Shown here: positions 61,201 through 64,000 of the stretch, in pieces
How positions within the stretch are numbered: the stretch's first letter is position 1
Layout: the number at the start of each line of letters is the position of its first letter
Assembly: GCA_001643675.2 (NCBI GenBank)
Contig: LSRY02000033.1
Location: 310,001-374,000 of the forward strand
Length of the DNA stretch: 64,000 nucleotides
Direction of reading: 5' to 3'
Source of the DNA: Monocercomonoides exilis PA203
Lineage: Eukaryota; Protista; Preaxostyla
Translations under genes and position numbers: made by a program
Notes under the pieces: generated by a model
Databases searched by the model: none
What the model was told of the DNA's origin: nothing
What the model saw: only the letters and a program-made list of their open reading frames with translations

Positions 61201-64000
61201 TGAAATAACGCTTTCTGGCAAGAATCCACAACTAAATGTGAATTGATTTCTAAATTTAATAATAACTTTTTCAATTGTCATTGTTGCTGTATTTTGAATT
61301 GCTCCATCACCTTTAGATGCAACAGTTGTCGATGCATCAATATCAATTGTTGAATAAACATTTCCCATTTGTTCACTAGCTGTTGTGAATTTTATTCCGG
61401 CTGCATAATTCCACTTCATGGATGCATCACTTGAAACTTCATCAACAATTTCAAATGTCTGTTCTCCAACTCCATCAAATCTATTATCTGCAACGAACTT
61501 TAATGTTTTGCATGGAAGTATATAATCTCCACAATAAGTCTTGTCATCCATACCCTTTTCCATTGACGAAACATGTACATGGGACTGTTTAGTGAATGTT
61601 GTGTAATAATACCACAAATCATAAGCTTTTGGAATGAATTTATCTTTTCCAACTTTCATATTTTCTTCAGTGGATGGAACAAATTCCTGTGGAATATGTT
61701 CAGCAACAACCAAATATCTTAAATCATCGTAATCAATGTACAGATCTTTTCCAATTCCGGCATCGCACTTTGTAAATGTGACAGATTTTTCAAACTTCAC
61801 ATTTAATGATCTCGATTCAAGGTAAATCGCTCCTCCCATACCAACGGAGTTGCAGTAGCATTCTTCAAATTTAGTATTTCCTCCAAATGAGACCTTAGAA
61901 TCAGCACTATTTGCGTGTAAAGTAAAGACACCTCCTTTTTGAGAACTTGGAGATGTCACTTTTGTAAATGTTGAATCTGAAACATCAACATCCAAGGTGT
62001 ATGCATTTTCATTGTGAGAGCAAATGAATGCAGCTTCTTGTCCATTGCAGCATGTTACATCTTGTACAATGCTTTCATATATAGAAGCTTGTTGATTAAT
62101 ACCATTCAATGAAATCAATGGAACGCCTTGAGTAATAAATGATTTTATCGTGGATTTTTGAATAACCAGAATTCCATTAACAGTAAATATCGAAGTTTCG
62201 AATTTGCTCAATTTAGAATGCTTATCATCAGGCAAGATCATGCAATCCTCAATCATACAAGTACCACCATTCACATTTACCAATGTTGACTTTCTGCATT
62301 TCTCTTCCTGAGAATTATGTAAAATAGTTGCTTTTTTAATGCTCATTTCACCATTTTGTAGAACACTAAACATCACGCTTTTCTCATTTTCAAAGATGGT
62401 ATGGATTGCTGTGTTTGCAGTTCCTTTACCTTCGATTACAATTTGCTTCTTCACTTCAATTGTTTCCTTTTCTTTATCAAACACTGGAGATAATAACAAA
62501 ACTGTTCCTTGTGTCCAATCAATACTTTTTTCAACAGCAACTTTAATTGACTTGCAAGGAACTTCATTTTTAAGACCGCAATTATCATCCTCGTTCTCTT
62601 TTGATTGATCAGCATTTCTAACCTTGTCTTTCATTCCAATATATTTCGGTCTGTCATGTTCCTCTTTGCTTGATCCGTAATATTTGACTCTATTATTATC
62701 ATTTGTAGAAGTTAAACTTGGATAAAATGGTGACGATTCTCCATCTTCAGGCAAATCCGCTTGTGTATCTTCGATGTATGCATCCATTCCTTTTGGTGCA
62801 GTATTTCCTTCAAAGAATGATCTAATCTTTGACTTATCGTTCTCAGCATTTTCAGCTAACATGTAAAATGCACCTCCCTTTTGACTTGCTTTGTTACTCT
62901 TAAACTTACATAATTGAATGCTTAAAGAAGAATCAGTTGGTGTAGGAGGAATAATGTAGACTGCTCCAGCTTCATCAGAAGATGAACATGAATCAACAGT
63001 AACTGATGTCATACTGAACCTTGTTCTACAATGACAATAAATAGCACCTCCCTTTGCTTTTGTTCCCGTAACTTCGCAATGTGTAAATTCACCTCCTATA
63101 ATATCCAAAGTATTATAGAATGAATCAACTGATATTGCACCACCATGTGCAGCTTTCTTTTCCACGTCATCACCAGTTAAAGAACTTGAGCACTTACATG
63201 TTGTAAATTTGCATTGTTCAATTTTACAAACTGGTTTGTTTATGTCATCTTCCTCTCTAACAAGGTTGAGTACACCACGATTGCTCTTGCATTCAATGTT
63301 AGTAAACTCGCATTTTGAAAGTGTTGCCGTTCCACCAATTTCTATCACTGATTGAAGGAATGTGCTAGATGTTTGACCTCCAACAACACAATCTGTCATA
63401 GTCAACGAAGATCCTTTTGACTGAATAATTGCCATGATTTCAATGTTAGTATTTGATTCAAATGAAAACTTAACTTTATTTAATCTCAAGTTACCATTAG
63501 CATTAATTCTAAACACAGCAACTGCTTGATCAAAGCATAAGCCTTTGCTAAATTTAATTGGTGATTCAATAATTATATTTTCAATAGTTAATGAAGAACC
63601 GGATACAGTTAAATATCCTCCATCATCTTCACCAACGTTTGCTTGTTGCTGGCATTTAATTGTTGCAGGAGTATCTGTTTTCGTTGAAACAATCTTTAAG
63701 CCTTTTGTAAATACATATGCTTGCTCTAATGTGAATGATTTACCCGATTCAATATGAATTACAGTATTAGCTGTTCCATGTGTCATAGCATAAGGCAACG
63801 TCAAGCAAGGATAGTATTCTGGTCCACACCAAATATCGTCTCTTGGATTAGTTGACATCACATAAATGTCATCGTCTACGTAATTTTCAATTAGAGAATA
63901 TAAATCAATTGGAACAACATTGAAAATATTTCCTGAATCTAAGCCAACCATAACATTATGTGTTTTACTGAAATATCCTGCTCCAAATACATCTTCTGTT
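55207..64000 (-). CDS. Large (>2,900 aa, 5' end outside the window) beta-helix/PMP-like single-pass surface protein with a short YxPM tail
   Basis: Open to the window edge. GGAI/FxxN repeats, seven CGxxxx(P)C modules, the family membrane-proximal module (YPSLRHNIIC, FFVPTL), a poly-Pro stalk, TM GAIAGIIIGVLAVVGVAVAVVIICVV, and tail SYEPMLS...LYAPMLS. Confidence 0.85.
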   Translation of the reverse strand, partial: TEDVFGAGYFSKTHNVMVGLDSGNIFNVVPIDLYSLIENYVDDDIYVMSTNPRDDIWCGPEYYPCLTLPYAMTHGTANTVIHIESGKSFTLEQAYVFTKGLKIVSTKTDTPATIKCQQQANVGEDDGGYLTVSGSSLTIENIIIESPIKFSKGLCFDQAVAVFRINANGNLRLNKVKFSFESNTNIEIMAIIQSKGSSLTMTDCVVGGQTSSTFLQSVIEIGGTATLSKCEFTNIECKSNRGVLNLVREEDDINKPVCKIEQCKFTTCKCSSSLTGDDVEKKAAHGGAISVDSFYNTLDIIGGEFTHCEVTGTKAKGGAIYCHCRTRFSMTSVTVDSCSSSDEAGAVYIIPPTPTDSSLSIQLCKFKSNKASQKGGAFYMLAENAENDKSKIRSFFEGNTAPKGMDAYIEDTQADLPEDGESSPFYPSLTSTNDNNRVKYYGSSKEEHDRPKYIGMKDKVRNADQSKENEDDNCGLKNEVPCKSIKVAVEKSIDWTQGTVLLLSPVFDKEKETIEVKKQIVIEGKGTANTAIHTIFENEKSVMFSVLQNGEMSIKKATILHNSQEEKCRKSTLVNVNGGTCMIEDCMILPDDKHSKLSKFETSIFTVNGILVIQKSTIKSFITQGVPLISLNGINQQASIYESIVQDVTCCNGQEAAFICSHNENAYTLDVDVSDSTFTKVTSPSSQKGGVFTLHANSADSKVSFGGNTKFEECYCNSVGMGGAIYLESRSLNVKFEKSVTFTKCDAGIGKDLYIDYDDLRYLVVAEHIPQEFVPSTEENMKVGKDKFIPKAYDLWYYYTTFTKQSHVHVSSMEKGMDDKTYCGDYILPCKTLKFVADNRFDGVGEQTFEIVDEVSSDASMKWNYAAGIKFTTASEQMGNVYSTIDIDASTTVASKGDGAIQNTATMTIEKVIIKFRNQFTFSCGFLPESVISTAGTAASLTLSKCEFKQDGNTNEMRFAIIHAKSGVLSVTDCSLTRFGGITESVFEKNAFVIETATNVKTFASVTVRSVKINEGSLFNLVGPAKLEMNGCVFESITSKVQGSVFALKDGETVTIHNCKFDRCCNTLKEKAVGGAISCSGTSGSLVIDQDSAFSGCTVKGKDCFGGAIAISSIKQSLKLHRVSFSACTALSTDEAEHPAFGGAIYLSGYPASVELAECSFAHNRADDGGAIYMIYEAIANLASKFICLFVDENEATVHGHDVYLKDMHNEAITQDQNSPFYKSMSTRQDESRLYYVTSAKPEEGAEKKSFIGDDQRNRYVSKDSKFDEPTCGLNENLQDKYCRTIGVAVSYCSDWTQNTIHIMEGDSLSETATIAVGAKFIVVQTAGKESTIIRTSFAGENVLYSIKGGSITQEGFIIIHDQSILGNRHSKLFAIEGGEATLTDFDVRKDAEKKDEQYLAPLFEVKGGSLNIKEMKCNSMSFKDSSIICLSEGDKRQSGLSLNKCEFSKIERVGSNGASVINADVKQTTLSVQIVDSTFDSCVARESTTGGAICLKSEEVEGHFRLEKSEGDGCKFTSCECSTTKGSGGAIYLDFQNKPAEIIITSFEKEEGDDKENKASKGQDLYVYLDDLTKRVVKPLINIDLPEKQNKMVGKDCALFKSNVVDLYLFDNFHFDTVYVDSRLGEDDNFCGLKSHPCKTFDKAYAQKKVGQVTFSIVSGYNVPTTRWNYVEHITIDSSLKPQAFADFIFSDSMEVAQEGDPAFAVQKTLTLSYLDVTYPNKFRDTVCNYKPSALIGSYTDGSSLSVSHCEFYQEEGKVGEPVEICLISSVGGTVSIEASTFVVESPSGRLTFNESPLKVSYYVEDDEDKTKKFGSMTVSMELKDIDMKNSPLVAMESDGTLTFAGGNYENVVGLNGPSFAIIETKGTLAVSGGNFKKCENKKDNGGLFRASTKKNPETDEDIKPIIKFTGGVFTECKASAANCGGGVLYANDVEQIQFSSSRFEKCSAANGGALNLVVLPAASVLKGISFIENTATNGGAMHITLKDTVPEETNVLCYFEKNTKTGKGSDVYVDDQNENKVDIQFFKKSMTTDKNANTLYHHHKSGDDETKGYIPYGEATRVIAIDGGNEEDDCGFTGKVGCKSIEVAFKKFGEGLPYYAKLVKGTYKNEKGPVSTKGGDDNNAFALIVGIVGESKDETTFSTSYGDDVADGMFLVNMAASSLSFSKFTIVLDSSIEKNRGVPLVFVSEAGGFGAIDCVFKPDNAHKTETAFTSYIFRADQGSISFTDCVIQSIKMSEKSLIFMNNTSSGFTLKNTDFKSISLTGESNVVYVDTIAVSVKLEGGSFVQCVSTGKTGSALRVVIASAASNVVIKETRFEMNENDANEGQGAAVYLEAAFEAGYNSVGVATVPVTLSLATFKDNKGKVGKNIFIKVKDLDQITDSMFDLDLSDMYEKENLINAQVGDEEVTDLLMDESKHQIPYKTNEVVLSSLTEAEEGKRCGSIQHPCNSWDLIQEHITSTDEQTVKIKKQFLLHIEATTTHPFVLTSTDDSLADVQVFDRFTTSYESVFHPISSFKMKNIKVKYPPQFIGTGTRVKAIVIGSEVRASIDIENAEFGPTNAATNDIEFSMLTVKSSLVKTNVKNTIFTGLLSTPTTSWNELEEESLDEAAVDGVCVWKSDASLVRLQSASSAKFESVSFVSSISGGISVVEKSSAQLVNVKFLNNNPKQQKYPSLRHNIICQGTNSDTKIVIDSLQAGSDGTGDSDFWMVNDGCDITGEGLPQKDSLFFVPTLKSATSPSFDGAKTTITFTGTKLIPCGLGFDVAQKTGEKIGTWTHVNGFTDSVSDTVAKADVDTKLVDIGDADEVVVRLTFGDNKATNDVQLRKKVIPPPPPPPPPHDDPEKPKNKPKLSGGAIAGIIIGVLAVVGVAVAVVIICVVKKRKSGGRSKSYGGTSVQMKGGKDSSYEPMLSKKAKDDGLYAPMLSNKE

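Overview
This is eukaryotic genomic DNA in the standard genetic code, with AT-rich intergenic DNA, short GT-AG introns, and proteins inflated by poly-Ser and poly-Glu/Asp tracts. The gene style resembles an oxymonad/metamonad such as Monocercomonoides (inference only). Left to right: a degenerate acidic/coiled-coil gene; a nonsense-interrupted hypothetical gene; an ELAPOR/KIAA1324-like membrane protein; a 13-exon ~3,390-aa armadillo-repeat gene with ten consecutive phase-1 introns at equivalent repeat positions; a 3,272-aa beta-helix-type receptor with a C-lobe-only pseudokinase; a ~3.5-kb AT-rich transposon island (HTH transposase remnant, three ~255-bp MITEs with 4-bp TSDs, a ~400-bp spacerless palindrome); a pseudogene of the same receptor family; a box C/D snoRNA with a 14-nt guide to a conserved 18S rRNA segment (snR53/Am796-like); a fused trehalose-6-P synthase/phosphatase; BMS1; a FANCE-like gene head-to-head with TEL2; and the 3' part of a third receptor-family member whose tail has two YxPM motifs instead of a kinase. 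The best candidates for new biology are the modular receptor family with swappable cytoplasmic tails, the exon-per-repeat ARM gene, the MITE/palindrome family and the snoRNA. Gene models were spliced by hand and family calls come from motif recognition; no searches were run.
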